In this document: in pieces, positions 19,647-30,000 of the stretch
How the letters are laid out: each line of letters begins with the position of its first letter
Position numbering within the stretch: position 1 is the first letter of the stretch
NCBI GenBank assembly: GCA_905182635.1
Contig: CAJJCM010000026.1
Span: forward strand, 3,568-67,567
Source of the DNA: an uncultured Candidatus Poseidoniales archaeon
GTDB lineage: Archaea; Thermoplasmatota; Poseidoniia; Poseidoniales; Poseidoniaceae
Length of the DNA stretch: 64,000 nucleotides
Direction: 5' to 3'
Made by a program: the position numbers and the translations under genes
The notes under the pieces: generated by a model
What the model was told of the DNA's origin: nothing
The model's input: the letters and a program-made list of their open reading frames with translations, nothing else
Database searches by the model: none

Positions 19647-19877
19647 TTTGAGACCAGCCTACAAAGCATACGCTTCGCAGGTGTGTATCGCTCTCAAGAC
19701 ACTTATGAGGATGATGGAGCGATGTTCGGACAATTTCGGATTTATTGCCCCCATAATATATATCACGGGGAAAGAATCTGTATGTGCCATGTGTGAGGAG
19801 GGAGGATAAAGTAGTCATTGCATCCTAACTATGCGGTTTCTTCAAAGGCCGCTCGCGCTCGGTGCATATTGATTCAG

Positions 19878-20696
19878 ATGGTCATGACTCTTACGCATCT
19901 TGGTACAGGGAGTCGCGGGAACGCGACTTTGCTCGAAACTGAGCAGGCAAAAGTATTGATTGACCAAGGATTCAGCGGAGCACAACTGGAAAAAAGACTG
20001 GGGCGATTGAATATTCACCCGACTGAACTTGATTTTATTTTCATCAGCCACCACCATGGAGACCACGGCGGAGGTGCGGCAGTAGCGCAAAAACGTTGGG
20101 GAATTAAGATTCAAGCAAATCATCGAACCGCTGATGAACTCGGCCTACTTCCGGAACTCACGCACTATTTCGAATCGTTAGACATGATTCATGTCAGTCA
20201 AGATTTAGCAATTCTCCCCGTCCCAGTACCTCATTCTGGTGCTGATAATGTCGCCTTCATCGCCAGCCATAATGGTGGCCGAGCAGCAGTGATTACAGAT
20301 CTTGGTTCTTGGACAGATGAATTGGTCACTCACGTTCGAGGCTGTGAACACATCGCCATTGAAGCAAATTATGACCATAATCGCTTGATGAACGGACCTT
20401 ACCCCTACTCACTGAAAGACCGAATTAGTGGCCGTGGAGGGCACTTATCCAATGACCAAACAGGACAATTTCTTGCCCAGGTTTGCACCCCTGCTACGAA
20501 GAGCATTTCTCTTACACATTTATCTGAGAAAAATAATCAGCCACACCTCGCTGAATCGACGGTCTTGTATCATATCGATGAAGTATTTACTGGAGATATT
20601 TCAATATCGCTTCAAGATGGCCCTGAATGCTCCCACTATATCGGCAAGAGTGAGCAAGTCGAGCCATCCAACGCACTCAATCCGACGCATCGGTAA
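19878..20696 (+). CDS. Metallo-beta-lactamase-fold hydrolase (YycJ/WalJ/PhnP-like)
   Basis: LGTGSRGN, HHHGDH, TDLG, IEANYD, GHLSN and HLSEKNN motifs typical of the YycJ-like family. ATG 19878 preferred over track start 19818. Confidence 0.88.
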   Translation: MVMTLTHLGTGSRGNATLLETEQAKVLIDQGFSGAQLEKRLGRLNIHPTELDFIFISHHHGDHGGGAAVAQKRWGIKIQANHRTADELGLLPELTHYFESLDMIHVSQDLAILPVPVPHSGADNVAFIASHNGGRAAVITDLGSWTDELVTHVRGCEHIAIEANYDHNRLMNGPYPYSLKDRISGRGGHLSNDQTGQFLAQVCTPATKSISLTHLSEKNNQPHLAESTVLYHIDEVFTGDISISLQDGPECSHYIGKSEQVEPSNALNPTHR

Positions 20697-20743
20697 TCTC
20701 TCGAATCACCCCCCTAAGGGGGGGTGTGAAGGTCAATGGCTAA

Positions 20744-21829
20744 ATGATGCCAAAGGGTGTGCCAACTGTGAACGCACATTCAAGCACCGTTTTGCGCCCG
20801 TCCCTTCGCCGGGAACAAAGGGCTGTGAGCGAAGTGCTTGGCGTGGTCATGATGCTCGCTATGGTGATTACAATCATGGGTGGTGTCTGGGTCTTTTTGA
20901 ATCCATACATCTCTGACTTTGAGGATAACACAAATTGGAACAGTGCAAATGGTATTGCTGAACGATTCCAGGATCGTATCGACGTTGCTGGAAGCGCCCC
21001 TGAAGGCACGGGTATTCGCCATACACTTGCGTTGCAATCAACCATGATTCAGCCGATTGAAAAAGTCGAAACGTGGACGATTGCTGCTGATTTGACTCCA
21101 TACGATGCAGTGACTGTTCGGGATGCAAACAGTTCAACTCTTGGGATTTTAGCGATGAATGAAACCGCTCGGAGTATCTCTGTTGAGACTGAAACGGGTA
21201 CTGAACATTATTTCTTCAACTCTTCACGCCAAGAGGTATTGATAACGCACACATCATCTCGACAACATTGGATGTCAGTGACTGTTTTTAATGCCGATGG
21301 AATTGCCCTCCACCGGAGTGTATCATACATCGTTTCGGGTATTCAAATCTCGACTTCTTTAGGACTCGGAGAGCATCAGATTGCTTTGATGAATGAAGCA
21401 CGAGTTGAGCGGTTCCCGAATGAGCCATGGCGGGTCACGCGATTCCCAAACCTCGAAATCGATACGTTGGTCAACGGTGAGTTCCGACTTTCATTGGTTC
21501 TCAATGATGTTACGATTAATGGCACACTCGGTTCGGGAAACAAAGTTGGTATGACTATGATTTCACTCGGACCGATGATGCTGTTCACTGGACATGCCTA
21601 TAATGTCAAATTTACAGTCATCAATGCCCTCAATGATTTAGTCACTCCCCAATACCATGACCGAATGCTTGACGAATACACTTTGAATCGAGCATCGGGA
21701 ACATTGGACACTTACATCGGATATGCCCCCTTTATGCGTGCAAGTGGCGCTGATGGATTTACCGTTGAAACTCAAGGCGCACAATTATTCTTAGAAGTTG
21801 ATGTCAAACGTGTGGAGGTTTCCAGATGA
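20744..21829 (+). CDS. Archaeal type IV pilin-like protein (class III signal peptide)
   Basis: EQRA|VSEVLGVVMMLAMVITIMGGVWV: charged leader, PibD-type cleavage site and hydrophobic helix. Confidence 0.75.
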   Translation: MMPKGVPTVNAHSSTVLRPSLRREQRAVSEVLGVVMMLAMVITIMGGVWVFLNPYISDFEDNTNWNSANGIAERFQDRIDVAGSAPEGTGIRHTLALQSTMIQPIEKVETWTIAADLTPYDAVTVRDANSSTLGILAMNETARSISVETETGTEHYFFNSSRQEVLITHTSSRQHWMSVTVFNADGIALHRSVSYIVSGIQISTSLGLGEHQIALMNEARVERFPNEPWRVTRFPNLEIDTLVNGEFRLSLVLNDVTINGTLGSGNKVGMTMISLGPMMLFTGHAYNVKFTVINALNDLVTPQYHDRMLDEYTLNRASGTLDTYIGYAPFMRASGADGFTVETQGAQLFLEVDVKRVEVSR

Positions 21830-24036
21830 GATCGAGTATGCAGCGAAATGAAGAGGCAGTTTCAGCAGCGGTTGCAACCGTATTGTTATTCGGTGGAGTC
21901 GTGTCAATTATTGCGATGATGATGGTCTCAATGATCCCAGTCATCGAAGAACTTGAGGGGTCAATCGAACGGCATGATATGTCATCTCAAATGACGCTCT
22001 TAGCACATCAAACTGCAGCACTTAGTGAAACGGGGATGCCTGGTGACTCAACTGAAATTGAATTGGTTCCTGTCGATGGGACGCTCAATTGGAACATGAT
22101 GCAGAGCAGCATGTGGTATTCTGCTACATGGGTCGATGATACAAGCTTCCGAGTACAAGGGGCCCTTGACTACGATGATGAATTCAGTGTCCGTCACCCG
22201 GAATCAATGAATACGGCAGTTTGTGTTGATGACCTACGACTTGGTCCTGCAAATCCGTACATGTTCACCATCCCTGAATGGGCGGAAAGTGTCTCGATGA
22301 CTGCATCACCCGGACTTGCACTCCCCCTTGGCCCCATTGAAATTGAAATTTGGAATCAGTCTGTCAAAGAATCTGAACGTGAACTCATGGTTGATGGGAT
22401 GTATACACTTGATGCCAGTTCATACGGTGAAATCGTCATCCACTCATCTCACCAACTTCATCTTCTGATTTCCAGGGGAGATGGTGGCACTGCACTCATG
22501 CAGGCAAATGACCCAAGTCCTGTTGATTCTACCGGGACCTCCTGGTCACTCCCATTACCGAGTGGCACCAGCAAAATTCATGTTGTGAGCGAAGTGGCCA
22601 ATCAAATCATCGTGACAAACCAAACTTCAACTTCCTATTACGCATTACCATCGAATCAGAATCGTGTTGGTGTGACATTCAATCATCAATTCTCTCTTGA
22701 TTCTGCCGAAGTGATACACATCACGACAAGTGCACCTTCACGGTTAGTCGTTCAGACGAATATTGAGTCTGATGTAGGGCAAATTGCTTGGCCAAGTGTC
22801 GATGGGCAATTCCTTGGGCATTCCTTTGTTACTCCTTCTCTCGAGGGCGAGTTCGTCTTCACCAACCCAGGTTTAAACAGCGTAACCGTCACTTGGAGAG
22901 GTGGGGGTCTTTCTGTCGCACCAAATCAGAGTGTGATATTCGATTGGCCACCAGCAGAAATTGATGGGGCGCCGATGCTCGATGCCAATGGTGATCTGTT
23001 CGTTTCATGGCGACGAGATACCAACGGTTCCGGATTACAAGTTATTCCGGCTGATGATACGGGTGCGTTATCTGGCCAATTTCACACACTCCATGTTGAT
23101 GGCACCAACGTCAACAAAATTCATCTTGCGCGAGCAGGAATTGATGCGAAATGGAACTTGACGGGAAGCACGACCTCGAATGGTACTCTTTACGATGAAG
23201 TAACCCAGGCGACTTTGAATCTCAATCAAGGCCTCAACCAAATGGAAATAGAGGATGGTCATGCGCTTCGGCTGTATCATTTACGGGGTCAAGATGGACT
23301 CATACAAGTTCGTCATGATGGTGCTCAACGCTGCCTATCCATCAATGTCCAGGCAAGTGGTTGGATCTCATCCCAACTACCGTGGCAATCGATGAGTGGA
23401 AGAAGTCAAGTCGACCTAAAAAATGCTTGGAGAGCAGGAACGCACCCTGCAAGTATGCAAATCACCTTGATCGGTGTAGATGGTGCCTCAACACATGCGA
23501 ACTTGGGTACCGTTTGGGGATTCCATCTCTCACGTCTTAGTTATGAGTTTAGGTCCTCAATAGTGGGGATGGAAGTGGCATATGTAGGAGGTGCTGTCGT
23601 GACCAACCATCCCGAATTTGAGCCTTATATCATCGTCCCACCTTCCGATCGAGGTGGCCCCGGTCCGAGATTTGCTGCAACCATCCCTTCACTTCATCCA
23701 ACACAATACAGTGTAAGTGGATCAGGGAGTATGAATTTGGATATCGAACTCGCTGACCGTTCATCACTTGCATCCGCAACGGCCTTTGAGGTGCGCAGGG
23801 GGTGGTCAAACCCCTATGGTGTAGCGATTGCTGATGCTTCTGCAGACGGTCTAGAATCAAGTGAAGACTGGACGATTTACCCCGGGAGGATTGACTTGCT
23901 TACCGATTATGTAGGATGGGTCCCTGACCCCTCTTACGCTACTTCGGAAGCAATTTGGCACACCAATGGTCAACCAATTCAATTTACCTTACAAATAGCT
24001 TCACTGAATGCACACATGACCGAGGTGATTTCATGA
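21826..24036 (+). CDS. Large type IV pilin-like/adhesin protein
   Basis: NEEA|VSAAVATVLLFGGVVSIIAMMMV N-terminus; ATGA overlap with the upstream gene and GGAGG RBS. Confidence 0.72.
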   Translation: MRSSMQRNEEAVSAAVATVLLFGGVVSIIAMMMVSMIPVIEELEGSIERHDMSSQMTLLAHQTAALSETGMPGDSTEIELVPVDGTLNWNMMQSSMWYSATWVDDTSFRVQGALDYDDEFSVRHPESMNTAVCVDDLRLGPANPYMFTIPEWAESVSMTASPGLALPLGPIEIEIWNQSVKESERELMVDGMYTLDASSYGEIVIHSSHQLHLLISRGDGGTALMQANDPSPVDSTGTSWSLPLPSGTSKIHVVSEVANQIIVTNQTSTSYYALPSNQNRVGVTFNHQFSLDSAEVIHITTSAPSRLVVQTNIESDVGQIAWPSVDGQFLGHSFVTPSLEGEFVFTNPGLNSVTVTWRGGGLSVAPNQSVIFDWPPAEIDGAPMLDANGDLFVSWRRDTNGSGLQVIPADDTGALSGQFHTLHVDGTNVNKIHLARAGIDAKWNLTGSTTSNGTLYDEVTQATLNLNQGLNQMEIEDGHALRLYHLRGQDGLIQVRHDGAQRCLSINVQASGWISSQLPWQSMSGRSQVDLKNAWRAGTHPASMQITLIGVDGASTHANLGTVWGFHLSRLSYEFRSSIVGMEVAYVGGAVVTNHPEFEPYIIVPPSDRGGPGPRFAATIPSLHPTQYSVSGSGSMNLDIELADRSSLASATAFEVRRGWSNPYGVAIADASADGLESSEDWTIYPGRIDLLTDYVGWVPDPSYATSEAIWHTNGQPIQFTLQIASLNAHMTEVIS

Positions 24037-24509
24037 ATAAAGTTTCATTGAAGCATGACGAACGTGCAGCGGCAACTGAGTTGGGATATATTTTTACTTT
24101 CCTTCTTGGAGTATTACTTCTTACCATGTTCAGTTTATGGGCGTATGATATCGAAACTGCGACACGGGAACGATGGAATGAAAATGCTATCCGTTCAAAT
24201 TTAGATGACATCGCTGCAGCGGTGGAAAGAGCAGATGAAGCAAGTCGGATGGGTTCGGTGGAGTACGCAGAGAAAGTGACGTGGCGATTAACTGAAGCAG
24301 ATGAATATCGAATGACACTTATTTTGACTGACACATCAATTGAGTTGATTGATGATGGAGGTACTTTGGATACAAATGTTTCAATTTCAGGTACGGGTAC
24401 TGGAATCCACCACGGCACAGTTGTTCTTGCCGGAGTCACATCTGTATGGATTGTTCACTCGGATGGTATTACATCTTTGCAATACGATAGACCTCAATCA
24501 AATGATTGA
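24033..24509 (+). CDS. Small pilin-like protein
   Basis: DERA|AATELGYIFTFLLGVLLL; ATGA overlap at 24033-24036 with GAGGTGA RBS. Track start 23955 is likely too long. Confidence 0.7.
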   Translation: MNKVSLKHDERAAATELGYIFTFLLGVLLLTMFSLWAYDIETATRERWNENAIRSNLDDIAAAVERADEASRMGSVEYAEKVTWRLTEADEYRMTLILTDTSIELIDDGGTLDTNVSISGTGTGIHHGTVVLAGVTSVWIVHSDGITSLQYDRPQSND

Positions 24510-24510
24510 T

Positions 24511-27036
24511 TCATCGACCCATGACTGCGGAATGAACTTGAGCTTGAACTTCTCGCATTCTCGATTTTGCACCGAGTTCTCTGAACACTGACAATGCCCT
24601 CTGCAAGTATTCCATTCGACGAGGTTTGTCAGTCGCAACTCCGCCAAGGCGTGAAAGTAATTCTCCGATTTGCATACGGAGATCATTTGCCTCAGCAATA
24701 ACCAATGCTTCCCGATAATGTTCCATTGCTTCTTCTGCCCGACCTGAATCCTGCAAAACTTCACCGAGCAGAATTGTGATTTCAACCAACGATAATAAGT
24801 CACCTGATTGACTCATAGTTTCGAGTGCTATCGAGTAATGATGGGAGGCTACATCCCCATCCCCGACTTTAGCATAGTATCGACCAAGTACAGCTTGGGC
24901 ACGAGCATGCAACAAGACATCATCTCCGCCATCGGTATTTTCGAATGCTTGGAGTGCATGGCTTCTGGCTCGGTCTATTTCGCCGAGTTCAATGAATGCC
25001 CGGGCAAGAGTAAGTTGAGTCCCAATGAGTTCTGTATCATTTGAGCCTTGTAAAATAGTCTCGACTTCACCGTAGGCTTCCAATGCTTTGGGGATGTCAT
25101 TCTTCCGACGGAGTAAATATCCCATATTATTGTAGGAACGTGCTGCACCTTTTGCATCTCCGAACTGAATAAACTTCTCAAGTGCATCATGATGCATAAC
25201 GAGTGCTTTGTCCGTATCACCTTGTTTGAGAGCGATGTCAGCCAAAGCGGAGAGGACTTCAGCATCAAGGCGTGTCACCTTGGAGGTTGATCCGAGCGAT
25301 TGTATTGAGAGGAATGCTTCTTCCGCTTCCAAAAATCGACCAAGCAGGACCAGGATTTCACCCTGGAGTTGTAAAACACGCATTTGAACCTGTGAATCAA
25401 GTGATTCAAGAGAAAGACCTTCCATCAGCCCAAGTAATTCCATGTGGCCTTGAGCAACGAGGTCTCTCCCTTCATCGGCGATGAGTAATGCTGCATCTCC
25501 ACCCTCTCCTGAGCGAATGAGATGAAAAATGCGCTCTATTACAATACCTGCAGAAGGGTTTTGTTTTTCATACCATATGCAACATTTTGCGTGAAATTCT
25601 TTCTTTGTATTTTCATCAAGGCTACGCAAGAGAAACTCTCGAATTAAATCGTGAACATCGTAAAAATCTACATCGCCTTGTCGTGCAAGGCCTTGTTCAA
25701 CCAATGCATCGAGTTCATCGGTATCCAAACCTTGCTCAGCGAGTGCACTCAAAACTACAGGTTCTCGATAAATTGCAAGTGCAGAGAGTACACGCTTTTG
25801 TTCAGCACTCAATTTTGAAAAGATTTCAACAGCGACATAATTTTCCAATGTCTCATGGAATGCGCCTGCCGAAGCACCTCGGTTGATGAGTTCCAATACA
25901 AGTGGGTGTCCTCGGGATAAACCGTGAATATGCAGCCATTGCTCGTCATCGAGGTCTACGAAACTGCTCAAAAGCTGCCGCCCAGCATCAGAATCGAGGC
26001 CATCGAGTGGAAGAACTAAACTTGCAATTCGTCCTTCTGCATCTTTGGTGGGGACAACTGGTTTGAAGGAACGTGAAAAGATGACAAGGCCAATTTCTTC
26101 TTCACTCCCCAGCAAAGCGAGCGACATCGCTTGGAATGTTTGATGGAGTGTTGTATCTGCGACTTTATGAAAGTCATCAATGACGATCAAGGTTGGAGTT
26201 CCCTCTAGAGAGTCAACCAGTAAACGTGCAGCATCAGCGGGTTGAGGTACCGGTGTTGCAGCCAAATAATCTGCAAAAGTCGAATCACCGATGTTCGCTA
26301 ACCAATCAGCAACTGCCTCAAAAAAGGAACGTGAACCTTCCCAATCTTGACATCGATGATATAAGAGATTTCGTCGATGCATAAACCGCTCGATTAATTT
26401 TGATGCAATCGTAGTTTTACCAATTCCAGCAATTCCTGGCACCAATAAAGTGGTAGCTCGTGCATCGATAAGGCTCGCCATATTGTCCATCTCTTTTTCC
26501 CGGCCATAGAAATGTCGCAGCCGTGGCAAATCTCCAAGCGATGTTACTAGTTGTTTTTCAACGTGTTTTGAAAGATCTCTCTCGACCAAGTCAGCAGACA
26601 AGATACGGGTATCCAATACACAATTATCATCCATGTAGCGGATGATATCAACAGGTCGCATTGAGAAGTCAAGATGGTCATTGATTTCACCCAAAGTAGA
26701 ATTAATAATTACCCCATCTTCCATGATGCTACGTAATTGGAAACTCCGTAACCGTACCCAAGTCTCCTCTGAAACATTGATTCCTGGGTCTGTCAAAAAG
26801 TACGCCTTCCGTTTTCGAGAAACGCCTGAAACATGGGCTTGGCGTTCAATCAAGAGGCCTTGGTCTTTCAATCCCGCAATTGCACGAGGAACATTTGACC
26901 GAGCGATTGCCACAGCATTGGCAATCCCCATCTGTGAAAGGGCAAATGGCACCTCGACGCTACTCTTGAAGTCGGAGTAATCAAGCAAATGCAAGAGTAT
27001 TCTCTCTTGCACTCCAGGTTTCGGTTGAAGAGCCAT
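24511..27036 (-). CDS. Winged-HTH / STAND-type P-loop ATPase / TPR protein
   Basis: N-terminal HTH (LSQMGIANAVAIARSNVPRAIAGLKDQGLL), FYGRE, Walker A GIAGIGKT, Walker B LIVIDD, GHPL, HDL and C-terminal TPR-like repeats. Confidence 0.85.
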   Translation of the reverse strand: MALQPKPGVQERILLHLLDYSDFKSSVEVPFALSQMGIANAVAIARSNVPRAIAGLKDQGLLIERQAHVSGVSRKRKAYFLTDPGINVSEETWVRLRSFQLRSIMEDGVIINSTLGEINDHLDFSMRPVDIIRYMDDNCVLDTRILSADLVERDLSKHVEKQLVTSLGDLPRLRHFYGREKEMDNMASLIDARATTLLVPGIAGIGKTTIASKLIERFMHRRNLLYHRCQDWEGSRSFFEAVADWLANIGDSTFADYLAATPVPQPADAARLLVDSLEGTPTLIVIDDFHKVADTTLHQTFQAMSLALLGSEEEIGLVIFSRSFKPVVPTKDAEGRIASLVLPLDGLDSDAGRQLLSSFVDLDDEQWLHIHGLSRGHPLVLELINRGASAGAFHETLENYVAVEIFSKLSAEQKRVLSALAIYREPVVLSALAEQGLDTDELDALVEQGLARQGDVDFYDVHDLIREFLLRSLDENTKKEFHAKCCIWYEKQNPSAGIVIERIFHLIRSGEGGDAALLIADEGRDLVAQGHMELLGLMEGLSLESLDSQVQMRVLQLQGEILVLLGRFLEAEEAFLSIQSLGSTSKVTRLDAEVLSALADIALKQGDTDKALVMHHDALEKFIQFGDAKGAARSYNNMGYLLRRKNDIPKALEAYGEVETILQGSNDTELIGTQLTLARAFIELGEIDRARSHALQAFENTDGGDDVLLHARAQAVLGRYYAKVGDGDVASHHYSIALETMSQSGDLLSLVEITILLGEVLQDSGRAEEAMEHYREALVIAEANDLRMQIGELLSRLGGVATDKPRRMEYLQRALSVFRELGAKSRMREVQAQVHSAVMGR

Positions 27037-27095
27037 ATTCTTTACTCCCTCTTATCTCCTCTTCAATACTTCCGGTTCAATGAACCATAGATGCG

Positions 27096-30000
27096 TCACT
27101 GTTCAGGAATATAATTTGGGTCTGGAACCCAGTTATTCGAATCTGCATCCCATATCCATCCCGGATGTTGGGCAACATGTGGTGTAGCAGAAACTTGTTG
27201 CTGAACCACCGCAGGAGTCGTTGGAACCTGTGCCGGAGGAATGCTAACGAGCTCTTTACGGGCTTTTGCCCAAGCATACGGGTCTGCAGTCACCTGTTCT
27301 TCAGCAGCCATCAACTCTGCCTCTTCATCAAGGTCGTCGTATTCGACTTGGAAGAAGAACATTCCAGCACCCAAGAGAATGATCACTCCGACAATAATTG
27401 CCAAAATCCATCCGAAGTTTGAACTCGAGGCCTCTCCATCTCCAACACTGAGTTGAAACATAGCTTCGGAATTTTCACCGGGCAATCTAAAGACTTGGTC
27501 ATCCATTTCGAAAATGATGTTACGCGACCCTTCATTTCCAGCGAGTTGATTACTTGAGATTTCCATACTCCAAGTAGCATCAGCATTGACACGTGTTGAG
27601 TTAAGTCTCAGACCGCTCAAACTATCGTAGCGTGCTTCAATGACGCTGTTTGGTAATCCTTGACCGCTGAAATAGGCTGGCGAACCAGGGCCTAATGGGC
27701 CGTCTCCATCTCGTGTGACGGTGAATGACACTTCAACGACAATTATGTTTACTTTGGCAGAAAATGCTACCGAATCATAGGAATCTCTGGCTTCAAACAT
27801 CAAACCTATAAGCGACCATTCTGAAATATCGTCAGGAAGACCTGTTACAAATGCAGGATTATATTTCACAACTCCATTCGCGTCAAATGTTAGATAATTC
27901 ACGTAATCGTCATCTTCAAAGTTTCCTGGATCGTCATAGACATCGAAGGTGAGTCCATTTGTACTACTACTCACAGGGCCATCAGGGTCAGAAAAGTGAT
28001 CAGTCAAATCGATGCTAATTCCACTATTACAGCGATCTTGTTTTTGTGTATTTGAATCACAGAAAAGAGTAATTGTACTTACCCAATTTGAGTAGTTGAA
28101 CTCCGGGATGAGGTTGTCTGCATCACTCGGATTGTCGATGGTGATTCGGATACTGGATTCCACCGAGTAACTCTTCCCATCCCATGATTTGATGAACAAT
28201 TCATATTGTTGGTCGTGTATAAGATTAGAAGTGTCCCAGGTCGTCTGCCATCCGCCGTTTGGGGCGAAAGTAGTGACTGGGTCCGGGCCGTTATTGATTT
28301 TGGCCCCACTGGCTAAATCATAGATTGTTATTTCAACTCGGGTTACCAAACCATCGTTGTCAAAAGCCCAACCCTCAATCAATTGAGTTTCATTGGCGCG
28401 AAGAATATCGTTGAGTACAGGAGAATTCACTGTGACAAATGGAATTGCGTTTTCAGTGTTCACGCTAATTGTGCGGCTTTCATAGGCACAATCCATCCAA
28501 CTGCTCTTAAGATTACAGAAATCACTGTCAGATGCCCAAATACGGAAAGTATAATCTCCAGTTTGTAATTCTTGGAACATCCAGTCATATGCCCAGGCAG
28601 TTGAACCAGGGATATCAAAATTAGCAGTGTAATCATTTGGCCCGTTAATATCAAACCAAATTGAATTGATGTCACTGCCCCAAGTACCTGAATAGGGGTC
28701 GCTCGCAGTGCCCGTGAATGTCACTTTGGCATTGTCGTGGAAAGTTCCATCATTTGGAGTATTAACCAAAATGCTTGGAGCAACGAGATTGAGTTTGTAC
28801 TTCCGGACTTCCACTGGAGAGTAATCCAATCCGTCATATGAACGAACGCGGAATGTCACATCGCCTTCACCTTCTGGGTGAGCAGACATCTCCCAATCAA
28901 AGTTCCAGGTCTTGAAAGGATGATTCGATTTTGTAATCATGCCGGCAGCACCTGATACATCAATTGCAGAATACCAATCACTTGAACCAGGAGGTTTAAC
29001 TTCAACTCGCTTGATAATACCAAATTGATTTTGATACGCAACGAAGTCAGAATTGCCGTAAGGTCCGGAGATGCCGTCCCATGAAGTACCTGTTAACGTA
29101 ACAGTTGTCGCAAATGAGAATCCATCGTTTTGTGTGACGGTTACGCTCGGTTTGAGGTTATCAAGATTGATCACATCATCAATTGAGCCACTGAGAACAA
29201 AGTCGAATTCCTTTTGCCCTTTACCAAACATGTAAGCTTCTACAAAGTAAAACGGCAATTCGCGGCCATTGGTACAATCGGCATCTTCAGAATCCACTTT
29301 TGTATCGCCGTCATTGTCATAGCCGTCTGCACAAGAATTCTCATCGAGCCAGACAGCAGGAATGGTATTATCATCCTGAACTCGGACATTAAGTTCACCG
29401 ACCAAATGATTCCAATCCCGGTCAAGTAAGAAATCTGAAGGAAGGGATACTTCAGGTGTAAATCCAAAGGCGTCTGTTGTAAGGGTGTAGAGCGGCAAAC
29501 CTGTTGCATCACGAATGATCACTGTTGCATCGACAACGTTGCTGTTCTTTGCTTTGACTTGGTAACGCACCAGTTCACCTTCTCGAACTTGACTTCCCCA
29601 AGCCGAGTTTTGATTTTGCACATGGATTTTAGATGAATCAAAATTCTGTAAATTCGCATATGAGAACACAGTGGAATTCTCTATGACTTCAAGGGCCATT
29701 GGCATAAAAGCCGGAGGCATAAGGGAAGTCGATGGAACCAATAGACATTCTGCGAGGATTAACGGGCATTCTGGACTGAGCCAACTCAGTTGAACTGGAT
29801 ACAATTCATTGCCACCAGCATCCGGAATAAATTCCGATTGAACAATAACTCGTGATTCAGTAATATTGTAGACTTGGGAGGCATTTGTATACGTATTACC
29901 GGAGAAGTACGCAATAGAGCCATACTTGCTGCCAGCGTTATCATCATAATGAGAAATATTTACCGCAAATCCTGTAACTTCGATTGTATTTCTCTGAGCA

